A stretch of 64,000 nt of DNA from Narcine bancroftii (Eukaryota): assembly GCF_036971445.1 (NCBI RefSeq), contig NC_091470.1, positions 307,644,001 through 307,708,000 on the forward strand, read 5' to 3'. Position numbers and translations under genes: made by a program. Positions 12,136-24,768 of this stretch are shown piece after piece; the first letter of the stretch is position 1, and the number at the start of each line of letters is the position of its first letter. The notes under the pieces were generated by a model. That model ran no database searches, was not told the origin of the DNA, and worked only from the letters and a program-made list of their open reading frames with translations.

Positions 12136-15100
12136 GCTTGCAGCGAACCAGCCGGTGGTCAGTGTGGCATTCCACGCTGGGCATGACCCTGGTGTGGAGC
12201 ACATCTCGTTTGTCACTTTCTCGCACCAGGATGTAGTCCAGGAGGTGCCAGTGTTTGGATCGGGGATGCATCCAGGTAGTCTTAAGGCTATCCCTCTGCT
12301 GAAAAAGGGTGTTTGTAATGACAAGCCGCTGTTCTGCGCAGAGCTCCAACAGGAGGCGCCCATTGTCATTCCACTTGCCGACGCCATGCTTGCCCAGGAT
12401 TCCTGGCCAGGTTTCTGAGTCTTTGCCGACGCGAGCGTTGAAGTCGCCAAGGATGACAACCTTGTCGGCTGTAGGGGTGCGTTGGATGAGGTTGCGCAGG
12501 TTGGTGTAGAACTTGTCCTTTTCTGCTGGTTCCGCCTGGAGGGTTGGAGCATAGACACTGATGAGGGTGATGCAACGCTTGTTTTGAAGGGGGAGTCGCA
12601 TGGACATGATTCGGTCCGAGTGGCCTGTCGGAAGGTTTTCGAGTTTGGAGGCAATGAAGCTCTTGACCATGAAGCCTACACCAGATAGATACAACCTTCA
12701 CTTCAAGCCAAAGCCCAGGAACAGTAAAGCCCCCAGAAAGAGGTTCAATGTTGGAAACCTGCAGTCAGACAAAGCGAGAGGAAACTTCCAGGCAAACCTC
12801 AAAGCAAAGCTCGACGATGCAACCCGCCTCACGGACCCGTCCCCTGAAACCCTCTGGGATCAGTTGAAGACTACCATACTGCAATCCACTGAAGAGGTAC
12901 TGGGCTTCTCCTCCAGGAAAAACAAGGACTGGTTTGACGAAAACAGCCAGGAAATCCAGGAGCTGCTGGCAAAGAAGCGAGCTGCCCACCAGGCTCACCT
13001 TACAAAGCCGTCCTGTCCAGAGAAGAAACAAGCCTTCCGTCAGCATGCAGCCATCTTCAGCGCAAACTCCGGGAGATCCAAAATGAGTGGTGGACTAGCC
13101 TCGCCAAACGAACCCAGCTCAGCGCGGACATTGGCGACTTCAGGGGTTTCTACGAGGCTCTAAAGGCTGTTTACGGCCCCTCACCCCAAGTCCAAAGCCC
13201 GCTGCGCAGCTCAGACGGCAAAGTCCTCCTCAGCGACAAGATCTCCATCCTCAACCGATGGTCAGAACACTTCCAATCTCTTTTCAGTGCCAACCGCTCA
13301 GTCCAAGATTCCGTCCTGCTCCAGCTCCCTCAACAGCCCCTAAGGCTAGAGCTGGATGAGGTCCTCACCCAGGATGAGACATATAAGGCAATCGAACAAC
13401 TGAAAAGTGGCAAAGCAGCAGGTATGGATGGAATCCCCCCAGAGGTCTGGAAGGCTGGCGGCAAAACTCTGCATGCCAAACTGCATGAGTTTTTCAAGCT
13501 TTGTTGGGACCAAGGAAAACTACCTCAGGACCTTCGTGATGCCACCATCATCACCCTGTACAAAAACAAAGGTGAGAAATCAGACTGCTCAAACTACAGG
13601 GGAATCACGCTGCTCTCCATTGCAGGCAAAATCTTCGCTAGGATTCTACTTAATAGAATAATACCTAGTGTCGCCGAGAATATTCTCCCAGAATCACAGT
13701 GCGGCTTTCGCACAAACAGAGGAACTACTGACATGGTCTTTGCCCTCAGACAGCTCCAAGAAAAGTGCAGAGAACAAAACAAAGGACTCTACATCACCTT
13801 TGTTGACCTCACCAAAGCCTTCGACACCGTGAGCAGGAAAGGGCTTTGGCAAATACTAGAGCGCATCGGATGTCCCCCAAAGTTCCTCAACATGATTATC
13901 CAACTGCACGAAAATCAACAAGGTCGGGTCAGATACAGCAATGAGCTCTCTGAACCCTTCTCCATTAACAATGGCGTGAAGCAAGGCTGTGTTCTCGCAC
14001 CAACCCTCTTTTCAATCTTCTTCAGCATGATGCTGAACCAAGCCATGAAAGACCCCAACAATGAAGACGCTGTTTACATCCGGTACCGCACGGATGGCAG
14101 TCTCTTCAATCTGAGGCGCCTGCAAGCTCACACCAAGACACAAGAGAAACTTGTCCGTGAACTACTCTTTGCAGACGATGCCGCTTTAGTTGCCCATTCA
14201 GAGCCAGCTCTTCAGCGCTTGACGTCCTGCTTTGCGGAAACTGCCAAAGTGTTTGGCCTGGAAGTCAGCCTGAAGAAAACTGAGGTCCTCCATCAGCCAG
14301 CTTCCCACCATGACTACCAGCCCCCCCACATCTCCATCGGGCACACAAAACTCAAAAGGGTCAACCAGTTTACCTATCTCGGCTGCACCATTTCATCAGA
14401 TGCAAGGATCGACAATGAGATAGACAACAGACTCGCTAAGTCAAATAGCGCCTTTGGAAGACTGCACAAAAGAGTCTGGAAAAACAACCAACTGAAAAAC
14501 CTCACAAAGATAAGCGTATACAGAGCCGTTGTCATACCCACACTCCTATTCGGCTCCGAATCATGGGTCCTCTACCGGCATCACCTACGGCTCCTAGAAC
14601 GCTTCCACCAGCGTTGTCTCCGCTCCATCCTCAACATCCATTGGAGCGCTTTCATCCCTAACGTCGAAGTACTCGAGATGGCAGAGGTCGACAGCATCGA
14701 GTCCACGCTGCTGAAGATCCAGCTGCGCTGGGTGGGTCACGTCTCCAGAATGGAGGACCATCGCCTTCCCAAGATCGTGTTATATGGCGAGCTCTCCACT
14801 GGCCACCATGACAGAGGTGCCTCAAAGAAAAGGTACAAGGACTGCCTAAAGAAATCTCTTGGTGCCTGCCACATTGACCACCGCCAGTGGGCTGATATCG
14901 CCTCAAACCGTGCATCTTGGCGCCTCACAGTTTGGCGGGCAGCAATCTCCTTTGAAGAAGACCGCAGAGCCCACCTCACTGACAAAAGGCAAAGGAGGAA
15001 AAACCCAACCCCAACCAACCATTTTTCCCCTGCAGCCGCTGCAACCGTGTCTGCCTGTCCCGCATCGGACTTGTCAGCCACAAACGAGCCTGCAGCTGAC

Positions 15101-15156
15101 GTGGACTTTTACCCCCTCCATAAATCTTCGTCCGCGAAGCCAAGCCAGCCAAAAAA
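12136..15156 (+). mobile_element. RTE-clade (BovB-like) LINE, 5'-truncated, with inverted 5' part (12136-12688 antisense); TSD AGATAATGAA
   Basis: Antisense APE endonuclease (SVYAPT, LGDFNARVG, TDHRLV); sense RT (FVDLTKAFDTV, GVKQGCVLAP, LLFADD); TSD at 12126-12135 and 15157-15166. Confidence 0.95.
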
Positions 15157-15178
15157 AGATAATGAACCAGGATCGTAA
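13424..15178 (+). CDS. RTE LINE reverse transcriptase ORF (partial; frameshifts near 13040 and ~15010)
   Basis: 584-aa ORF with a full RT domain; terminal zinc finger displaced by a small deletion relative to the copies at 21.5 and 52 kb. Confidence 0.85.
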   Translation: MDGIPPEVWKAGGKTLHAKLHEFFKLCWDQGKLPQDLRDATIITLYKNKGEKSDCSNYRGITLLSIAGKIFARILLNRIIPSVAENILPESQCGFRTNRGTTDMVFALRQLQEKCREQNKGLYITFVDLTKAFDTVSRKGLWQILERIGCPPKFLNMIIQLHENQQGRVRYSNELSEPFSINNGVKQGCVLAPTLFSIFFSMMLNQAMKDPNNEDAVYIRYRTDGSLFNLRRLQAHTKTQEKLVRELLFADDAALVAHSEPALQRLTSCFAETAKVFGLEVSLKKTEVLHQPASHHDYQPPHISIGHTKLKRVNQFTYLGCTISSDARIDNEIDNRLAKSNSAFGRLHKRVWKNNQLKNLTKISVYRAVVIPTLLFGSESWVLYRHHLRLLERFHQRCLRSILNIHWSAFIPNVEVLEMAEVDSIESTLLKIQLRWVGHVSRMEDHRLPKIVLYGELSTGHHDRGASKKRYKDCLKKSLGACHIDHRQWADIASNRASWRLTVWRAAISFEEDRRAHLTDKRQRRKNPTPTNHFSPAAAATVSACPASDLSATNEPAADVDFYPLHKSSSAKPSQPKKDNEPGS

Positions 15179-15744
15179 TTTGAAGTGATAATAAAGCAAA
15201 ATAATTACCATTCAGCTTTAACAGTTATTCACATTTAATATTGGAGTGTTTTTTTTAAACAGACGTACTCTACCTGCTTGGCTGAAGCAAGCAAGATTTT
15301 GGTGCATATGTACTTTGTTCTTAATCTTAGGTCTTGTATCTGCCAATTTCTCCAATAACAATTCTGGCACTTGAGGGGATCGAATTCCGGTAATTTGTTC
15401 CAGGAGTTTCCCCTAATCTTCCCAGAAGGATCTCACCTTAGGGCATGACCAGATCGAATGGAAAACGGTCTCTATATCTTGAAAGCATAATTTGGATAAT
15501 TTGGATTACAATTTATTTAATTTTTGAGGAGTAAGGTACAATTATATTGCACCAGCCTATACCTTACATTACAGACCAGAAAAATTTATCTATTTCTATA
15601 CTTAAATCTGAGTGGGAAAGTTGAGAATCACTGCTCTCGACCCAATTTTACTGAAATATTTTGCTTAAGAAAAATAGTCATTGGCCCATTTCCTGTGGAG
15701 TTATGAAACCGTACACATAACAAGTAATTTAAGTACGATTAAAA

Positions 15745-15875
15745 TAGTGGTTTTCAAACTTTTTCTTTCCACTCACATACTACCTTAAGCAATCCATTAC
15801 TAATCACAGAGCACCTATTACATAGGGAATACTTAAAGTGGTACGTGAGTGGGGAAAAATGGATGAGAACCACTG
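15745..15875. mobile_element. hAT-type palindromic MITE (~131 bp)
   Basis: tagtggttttcaaact...gagaaccactg; same family as 48564-48695. Confidence 0.75.
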
Positions 15876-16812
15876 ACTTGGAGACAAATTAAGTTTGTTG
15901 TTTAGGAGTTTTATTCTTTTAATCTCTCCTCTTTTTATATTTTTGTAATTCTTGTATCTTTTGCTTGCTTTTTGGCTTCTATAATTATTTTAGAGACCTT
16001 TCTTTGTTGTATTAGTTCAACTGTTGTCCAAGCCTTTCCCATCCTCCCAGGGAGAGGGCTGAATATTTTACACAGATAATTTGTCTGCCAAGTGTCACAA
16101 AGCAATGATACATTTGGATACGATATTAGACCATATTGAATAGACCATTAAACAAATAGCACTAAACCCATGGAGAGCACAATACAAACAACCATCAGGC
16201 TGATGCCAAACTAACAATCCGGAGAGTTGAGGCACACGTACAATTTCTAGTTAGGAAATCTGTTACAAGTAACCAAATGGTCATTGAGTAAATTAAGGTT
16301 TTGGGTGTATTGAAGATTATGTCTTGAATGCCAACATCATGGAAATGAGATGTGCAGCTAAACAAATTAATTCTGCTACTTGTGCTCCATGTGAGGCTTT
16401 TCTCACCCTGGTGACTGCACATCTGATGTGGAGATACATACTGTTCAGTATAGCACGTGTGGTCTAACCAGTAATAAGTTGCTGGTGTGATGAAACGATG
16501 ATGAGTCAAATACAATTACATCCCTTAAGGAAAATTTATAAATATTTGAAGCAGATACAGGTTTGGGGGAGAGGGTGAGGCAACTTGCTGGCTATTGGAT
16601 TGCATTTGAAGGGCACTGAGAAATGAGATGCAGAATAGTTCAGTGGATGAAAATGTAACCAATTAACCAAAATGTGAAAAAATTAACATAAACATGCTGT
16701 GCAATATATTTTGAAAGGACTACACTTCAATACTTTATTGTTGCAATGAACATACTGGCGTTAATCCAGTCTAAAATTTATTTAATTTTAATTGTCTGTT
16801 CTATAATTTTAG

Positions 16813-16977
16813 CCCTGTAAGGCTGTGAACTCACAGTATGTTGACTTCATGTACATCGAGTTGATTCAGCGTTGTAAACAGATGTATCTTACAGAGGCTG
16901 ATACTGAAGATGACAATATCTATCAGCTTCCCAGTTTCTTAGATTCTATTTCAAGTGTCATCTTTCACATAGACAAA
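16813..16977 (+). CDS. PRKDC: DNA-PKcs exon (165 nt)
   Basis: tttAG|CCCTGT...GACAAA|GTaagt; [24 protein letters not shown]...FHIDK. Confidence 0.96.
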
Positions 16978-17512
16978 GTAAGTATGTCCGGTGTTAGTCC
17001 TGTCAAGAAACTTTAAGAATCATTCCATATTTGTCTATTTTAATGTGATTTTTTAAAAACTATTTTGTAAACTTGCTAGTTTCCCCATTTTATTTGCACC
17101 CATAAGTTATTTTTTACAATCTATTGATTTAAAATGGTATCTTAGTATCAAGAGTTAAATAGCTATGCAATTTCTCAAAATTATGTACCACTCTAGATCC
17201 AGTCCCAGAAGGTGAACCAGTCTTGTTCCACTAGATTAAACCACTAATAGTGTGCCCAACATATTTGTGACAGAGGATATTGAAACATCGCTGTTCCTAA
17301 TTTATTAACAAACCTGTTCTTTAGAAATCGATAAGCCACTTTTTTTTAAGTGCCTTAAAAACAATGGAATTAACATTAAATTGTGATTATTCATAGGGAA
17401 ACAAAATAGAACAAATTTTCTGTGTCAGGTGTTTGAAATGCATAATTATTAAAAACTGCATTTTATTAATAAACTGCAGTTTATTTTCCGTTACTGTATT
17501 TTTTTTCTTCAG

Positions 17513-17681
17513 ATCCCCGGAGTTTATACTTCAGTGTTAGAACGTCTAATTGTCGTTCAAATAGATGGCTTCCCACAATACAGTACAAAGATGCAACCTG
17601 TCTGTTGTCATTCCATTGTCAAACTCTTCCTTGCTCTGGCTGAAAAAGGCCCTGTACTTTGGAATTTTATTAGCACTGTAG
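17513..17681 (+). CDS. PRKDC: DNA-PKcs exon (169 nt)
   Basis: ttcAG|ATCCCC...ACTGTAG|GTgag; [24 protein letters not shown]...FISTV. Confidence 0.96.
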
Positions 17682-18059
17682 GTGAGTATTATTTTTTGCT
17701 CTATAAACATACCAAGCAGTCACTCTTCCTAATTGTAAAAAATATTCCCCAACATTTGTTAATGCATAGCAATGTTAAAGATGTATTTATCTTTTAAAGA
17801 AGTGCTGAATCTGGTAAGAAAAGGGCAAATATGCTTTGAACCACATTCATTAGAAAGATCAGTATTTTAAGTGGGATGAACAGCATGGATTACTGGTGTT
17901 TCAGTAAATGACTTCCTTTCTAAAGGTTAATTATGTTTGCAAACATTGTGCAAATCAGTCTTAAGAAGTTTGAATTATTTTAATGCAAAATATAAGCAAG
18001 TTTCGTGTTTTTGTTTAACTAAGTTGCTTCCATTATTTTGGAGTTCAATGTAAACAGAA

Positions 18060-18275
18060 TGGCATGTTTAGAGTAGCAGTTAGTGTAAAGCTGCTATAGC
18101 GCCAGCAACCAGGGTTTGAATCCAGTGCTGTCTGTAAGGAGTTTGTTTGTTATCCTCGTGGGTTTCCTCCAGGTTTCCTCTCACTATTCAAAATGTTACC
18201 GGGGTTGTTGGTCAATTTGTTGCAATTGGGTGGCACGGGCTCATGGGCTGAAATGCTGTATGTCTAAATTTTTTT
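18060..18275 (+). mobile_element. V-SINE (HE1-like)
   Basis: gggtttgaatccagtgctgtctgtaaggagtttg..gtgggtttcctcc core and tail. Confidence 0.75.
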
Positions 18276-18566
18276 AAAAGATTACATTTCACATAAATGT
18301 TTAAGGGGAAAACTTGCTGTTTGGATGAGAAGCAATAAAGTTTAGCTTTCTTACATGGGGAAAATATGTCATTCCCAATGTAAAGAAAATAATTGCTGCC
18401 ATTTGGTGACTTACTGAACAATCTGTTAAAAATATGAATGTCTGCAGAGGATTGTTTTCCAATGATTGTCTGACAGAAAAATTGAAATTGTTCAAATAAA
18501 TCTGGGAATTAATTTGGTTCTTGCATTTATTGAACTATTAATTTAATTTTTTAAATTGTATTTCAG

Positions 18567-18616
18567 TGCATCAGGGTCTGATTCGTGTCTGTTCAAAGCC
18601 AATTCTTCTTCTCAGG
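18567..18616 (+). CDS. PRKDC: DNA-PKcs exon (50 nt)
   Basis: ttcAG|TGCAT...CTCAGG|GTaaga; VHQGLIRVCSKPILLLR. Confidence 0.94.
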
Positions 18617-19344
18617 GTAAGAGAAATCTACATGATCAACTTCATTGAGAAACAAGCATTGACTGTTGCCCTAAAATCATATTTGTAAGCATTAGCTCAG
18701 AAGTACAATGCATTCTCATGAATTTCATTTCAGACATGCTAGGGGATTCTTTTGTATATTTTAATGGGCTATTATCTATTAAATAAAGTGAAAGGAACTT
18801 CATGTTAAGCATTTGTTTTTTAGCAGTATAATTTCAGAAACAATATCAGTTGAATGTTGTATTTTAAATATGTTGTCAACTTCTGGCCTGAAAATGCTAA
18901 AATACAGGCACAATACTCCATATTTGATAGCCCAAAAACCGAAAAGACCCAAAATTCAAAACTTTTTTTGAGTGTCAACATGACTTCACAAGTGGAAAAT
19001 CCATACCTGACCTCACCATGGGCATACAAGACCTCCCCCCCCCACCATTTCAGCAGGGAATATTAAGAATTTTTAAAAGTGTATTTACCATCAGCGGGTT
19101 GCCAAAGTTGGGGGGGTGGTGAGGGCGTGGTGTTGCGATGCAAGGGAACCAGCGCAGGGACCGACATTGGGCTGCCTTGGGGTGGGGTGGGGGGGAGGAG
19201 CGGGGAAGTGGGACCAGTGCGGGGACCGACAGCAGGCTGCTGGGGTGTCGGAAGCAGGGCGGTGATCAGTGTGGGGACCAACTGCAGGCTGACATTGTTC
19301 CAAAATCCAAAACTCTGGTCCCAGGCATTTTGGATATGGGGTAC

Positions 19345-22300
19345 TGATAGGCCATAGACATGGACTAGACAAGTGCTATATTAATGCAGTGCTTTTATTA
19401 ACAGACTCTCAGCCACCATTATACTTGCCAGTGGGAAAGCATCACCATTTGTTATACCAGTAGGGTGGAGCATCTCTATAGCCATTGCCAATAGCAAGTA
19501 ACTCCATACATGAGAAGCAGACAGTAAAATATACCCCCCATTACATCATCACATTCACCCCCCACAAAAATCGACCAATTTTATTAAAATATTATACTGA
19601 TCAAAGCAAAAGCTGGAAAAGCAAGCAGGTTAAAAATTTCAGAGGTAAAGGGTGACAGCAGGATAATACAAACCCAGAATTAATTGGAACACAGACCAGA
19701 AAACAGGCTACAGAGATTACATTTAATACCCTTGGTAATTATGTCTACAACTAGAAATGGTCATAACACAGTCTCTGCTGAGGTTTAGAAATATGAGCAG
19801 ATCTGCACAAAGGCACTGGTGGGAGCAGAGCTTGATCTCCTAACGAAGGAGTTTTCGCACCAGCTGTGGAAGGGAGTGGAGAGCGGGAGGCAATATTGTC
19901 ACGTGGAGAGTATTGTTCCTTGGGTAACTGATTTTCTCCTGGTGGGGAGGGCAGTGAGGGTGTCAGAATAGTGGAAGGGCTAACAGACTGCAGACCAGGT
20001 GAAGCCAGGTCTCTAAGTGAAATGGTGTCCTCTCTCCCATCAGGAAAAGCAACATGAGCATACTGTGGGTTAGCATGAAACAGTTGAACACGCTCTACAA
20101 GCAGGTCAGATTTGCTGAGTCTAACGTGTTTTCTTAATAAGACTTCTTCGAGCTCAGATAGCCAAGGCCGATCCAATCTTCGACTTTCTAGGGAAAGTAA
20201 AAACACGTTGGTGAGGACTTTCATTGGTAGCTGTACAAAGCAGTGTGCAAATAGAGCGGCTGGTGTGGAAACTTTTCGACTTCAGTGCAAGAGTGATAGC
20301 TTTCCAGATTGTACCATTACCATGCTCCACCTGACCATTTCCCCACGGGTTATAGCTTGTAATACGACCAGTAGCGATTCCCCTATCAAGAAGATATCGC
20401 CTAAGTTCTGTATTTATGAAAGCTGACCCTCTGTCACTATGAATGAAGTTAGGATAACCGAAAATACTGAAAATCATATCAAGACATTTAATAACAGTAC
20501 TAGCAGAAAGACCTCAACAATGAAGACACTGTTTACATCCGGTACCGCACGGATGGCAGTCTCTTCAATCTGAGGCGCCTGAAAGCTCACACCAAGACAC
20601 AAGAGGAACTTGTCCGTGAACTACTCTTTGCAGACGATGCCGCTTTAGTTGCCCATTCAGAGCCAGCTCTCCAGCGCATGACGTCCTGTTTTGCAGAAAC
20701 TGCCAAAATGTTTGAGCTGGAAGTCAGCCTGAAGCAAACTGAGGTCCTCCATCAGCCAGCTCCCCACCATGACTACCAGCCCCCCACATCTCCATCGGGC
20801 ACACAGAACTCAAAACGGTCAACCAGTTTACCTACCTCGGCTGCACCATTTCATCTGATGCAAGGATTGAGAACGAGATAGACAACAGACTCGCCAAGGC
20901 AAATAGCGTCTTTGGAAGACTACACAAAAGAGTCTGGAAAAACAACCACCTGAAGAAATACACAAAGATCAGCATGTACAGAGCCGTTGTCATACCTACG
21001 CTCCTGTTCGGCTCTGAATTACGGGTCCTCTACCAGCATCACCTACGGCTCCTAGAACGCTTCCATCAGCGCTGTCTCTGCTCCATCCTAAACATTCATT
21101 GGAGTGACTTCATCACCAACATCGAAGTACTCGAGCTGGCAGAGTCTGCAAGCATTGAATCCACGCTGCTGAAGACCCAACTGCACTCGGTGGTCACGTC
21201 TCCAGAATGGAGGACCATCGCCTTCCCAAGATCGTGTTATATGGCGAGTTCTCCACTGGCCACCGAGACAGAGGTGCACCAAAGAAGAAGTACAAGGACT
21301 GCTTAAAGAAATCTCTTAGTGCCTGCCACATTGACCACCGCCAGTGGGCTGATATCGCCTCCAACTGTGCATCTTGGCGCCTCACAGTTCGGCGGGCAGC
21401 AATCTCCTTTGTAGAAGACCGCAGAGCCCACCTCACTGACAAAAGACAAAGGAGGAAAAACTCAACACCCAACCCCAACCAACCAATTTTCCCTTGCAAC
21501 CGCTGCAACTGTGCCTGCCTGTCCCGCATCGGACTTGTCAGTCACCAACGAGCCTGCATACCCCTCCATAAATCTTCATCCGCAAAGCCAAGCCAAAGAA
21601 AGAAAGCAGAAACATCAGCACATGGTATAGCAAAGGGAAAACTAGAGAATTCATCATATTATTGTTTGAGGGTAGTGGTCCTTTAATATCCACGCTGAGG
21701 CGTTCAAAGGGACTTGACGCCTTAATCAGCGTAGAAGTGGGAGACTTGTAATAGTGTGGTTTACACTCCGCACAGACTGCACACTCGCTAGTCAATTTTT
21801 TGATACCTTCTCGTGAATATGGCAAATTGAGGGACTTAACATAATGATAAAATCTAGTGACCCCTGGGAAACATAATTAATCATGAAGACCTTTCAAATA
21901 GTCCAGCTGCTGACTTGGACTTGGACAGGACATGGGAGAAGAGCATCTGGGGGGTGGGGTTCATTGAACTTTCCTGGGCGATAGAGTATATCGTAATCAT
22001 AAGTAGAAAGCTCAATTTGCCAATGCATGATCTTATCATTTTTAATCTTGCTCTTCAATTTAGTGTTGAACATGTAGGCAACAGATTTTGATCAGTCAAT
22101 AAATGTGAATTTCTTTCTGGCTAAAAAATGTCTCCAATAGTAAATGGATTCTACAATGACTCATGCTTCCTTTTCAATAGAGGATTGCCTGAGATCCAGC
22201 CCATGTAATGTCCGAGAGAAAAAGGCCACAGGTCTACCAGCTTGATTTAGCATAGCTACTAAGGCCTAATCAGATGTGTCAGATTCCACTTGGAATGGTA

Positions 22301-24768
22301 AATCCTCATCAGTAGCTGACATTGTCGCTTTGGCTATATCTTGTTTGATATGTTCAAAAGCACAGAGGGCTTCTTCAGACAGGGGAAAACTAGTTGTTTA
22401 AACAGTGGATGTGCCTTATCTGCATAATTCAGCACCCAATAAGCGTAAAAGGAGAAAAAAACCCAGGCAGTGCTCGAGGTACTTTTGCGTTGCAGGTTGG
22501 GGCAGCTCCATGAGTGGTCTCATTCTCTCTGGGTCAGAGCTGATTTCGCTTCTACTCACAACGTAGCCCAGTATAGCCAGGCATTTAGTGTGGTATACAC
22601 ACTTATCATTGTTAAGGGTCAGGTTCAGATCCTTGGCTACCTGGAGGAACTTCTCTAAATTACAATCGTAATCATTTAAGTCCTTGCTACATACAGTGAC
22701 ATTATCCAGATAAGGGTAGATGGCTTGCAAGTTGTGAGCGTCAACTAGCTTATCCATTTCTCTTTGGGAAACTGAAACACTGTTGGTAACTCCAAAAGGG
22801 ACCCTTTTATATTAAAATAATCTGCCATCTGCCTCAAAAGCAGTAAGCTGCCTTTCATCCTTGTGAATGGGCACCTGATGGTAGGCTGATTTCAGAACAA
22901 TTGTGGAGTATATTTTGTATTGTGCAATCTGGTTTCCCGTGTCTGAGATACGTGGCAGGGGATAAACATCCAGTTGCGTAAACCTGTTTATAGTTTGACT
23001 GTAGACCATGACCATTCTACGTTCCGCCCCGTTTTTGACAACTAATACTTGGGCACGCTAAGGACTTGTACTGGGTTTGATGATTTTTTCTCTCGATAAA
23101 TGACTAACCTTGTTCCTAATAAAGAGTCTGTCTTCTTTCCTATAGTGCCTACTCTTTGTAGCTATAGGCTTACAATCCGGGGTTAGATGGTAAAAGGACG
23201 TGGAGGTTTAATCTTAAAGGGTTGATGACCCATAAACAGCCTCTTGGGGTACCGTGATCATTGGTAGTGGGCTGTTAAATGCCAGTACAATACTTTTCAC
23301 AGGGTACTGGAAATCTAGCCCTAATATCATTGGAGTGCACAGACCGGGGAGCAGGTGTAATTTGAAATCTTTGTACTTGTTTCCCCGAACTTTCAGGGTT
23401 ATTCTGCAGCAATGTGTAACGTCTCGTTTTAGTCCATAGATATTTTATGCTTAGATGGATACAGGTTAAGATTCGGGGAGCTTGTGGTCGTAGGATGGAT
23501 ATAGCTGTCAGTACTGCCCAAATCAGACAATCAACAGGCTCCCCATTTACCTTCACCTTCATCGTGGAATGCTTCATTCTGTGGGGTTCATCTTGGTTTA
23601 TCATCATCCACGCCAGAACAGGGCCTTCCCACGACAGCGATCTGTCGGAGCGCGCCTTGTCACTGGCAGTTCCACTCACAATTTTGGAAGGTGTCAGATG
23701 AATCTTTGGCTCTCCAAGTCAACACAGCAGTCTCATGGTGGTGCCCCTGCTTATTAGCAGTGCTTGTGCACTTCTTCTTTCTTCTCTTCAAATCATGGCG
23801 TGAGCCAAATGAGGACTTTCACGCCTGGCAGGCTCTGGCCCAGTGCCCTCACTTTCTGCAATTGGCACAATCGGCTCGTTGTGCAGGGCACTGTGAGCAT
23901 ATATGCAGTGCCAATCTGTAGAAGTAGCAACTTCTGTAGCAGCCTTTACACTGTGGTTTAGTGGCACTTAGCAATGGATCATTGCTGTGGGCGGGCTTCA
24001 GGGGTGCCACTTCAGCACCTCTTTCCTTCTCAAGAGCTTTAGCGCTTTGTAGCGCAACCCTAAAGGTCTTCAATTGTTGTAGAGCAACATTAAAGGTTAG
24101 GCCCGGGGTCTCCAGTAATTGTTGTCTGATGTACCCCGACTCCAATCCACTTATGAATGCGTCCAACATTAAGGATTCTCGGTGGGCTTTGATCGTGACA
24201 GCAATGCAGGCACAGGTTCTGGATAGCCCTTTTAGTGCAAGCACAAAAGCATCTTCGCTCTCTCTGGCTTGTTGTCTTTGAGTGTGAAGTTGATGTCTTG
24301 AAAACAAAGTATTTTGTGTCATATCTCAATAGGTTCTGAGGAGATTCAGTGCATTCTGGTAGATAGCGGTCTGCCTAACCATGGCGAGCCACAAGATGGT
24401 CCATCTTCACAGCGTTTTGCACAACGTTGTTCACTTGCTTTTATGCTTCAAAACACTGGAATCAGTGGTGAAAAATTTCTCCAGCTCGGGTGGCATCTTG
24501 ATCTATCTTGAGTCTTCCAGCTTTCAGGGAAGTATCCATGATTGAGAGTCTGTTAATAAAATTGATTTGCATAGACGTGGACCAGACAAGTGTTACAGGG
24601 CTTTTATTAACAGACTCTCAGCCACCGCTATATTGGCCAGTGAGAAAGCATCTCCATCTGTTATACCAGTTGGGTGGAGCATCTCTACAGCCATAGCCAA
24701 TAGTAAGCAATTCCATACATGAGAAGCAGTCAGTATAATACAACCCCCCTCCCCATTACATCATCACA
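19345..24768 (-). mobile_element. Full-length degenerate Ty3/Gypsy retrotransposon (Mag-like), TSD GGTAC
   Basis: LTRs 24563-24768 and 19345-19553 (TG..CA); PPT at 19554-19564; gag (RQQLLE, double Zn knuckle), protease, RT (YPYLDN), RNase H and integrase (IHSDRGS) remnants; GGTAC at 19340-19344 and 24769-24773. Confidence 0.95.
20510..21604 (+). mobile_element. 5'-truncated RTE LINE nested in the Gypsy integrase, TSD AGCAGAAA
   Basis: Closely similar to 14048-15156; (AGAA)n tail; TSD 20502-20509 and 21605-21612; removing it restores PCADVSASTVIKCLDMIFSIFGYP. Confidence 0.93.

Larger units (their letters stand above)
11385..15590 (-). mobile_element. L1-clade LINE 3' end in two pieces (11385-12005 and 15319-~15590), interrupted by the inverted duplication and RTE
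   Basis: Minus strand reads LYLTPQKLNK..FHSIWSCPKVRSFWED..ADTRPKIK / ..FVKLALAVARKCIAITWKS; poly-T on + near 11385. Confidence 0.8.

Noticed and set aside
12094-15188. Overlapping alternative-frame and antisense ORFs in the RTE copy
   Set aside because: By-products of GC-rich coding sequence and the inversion; no independent motifs.
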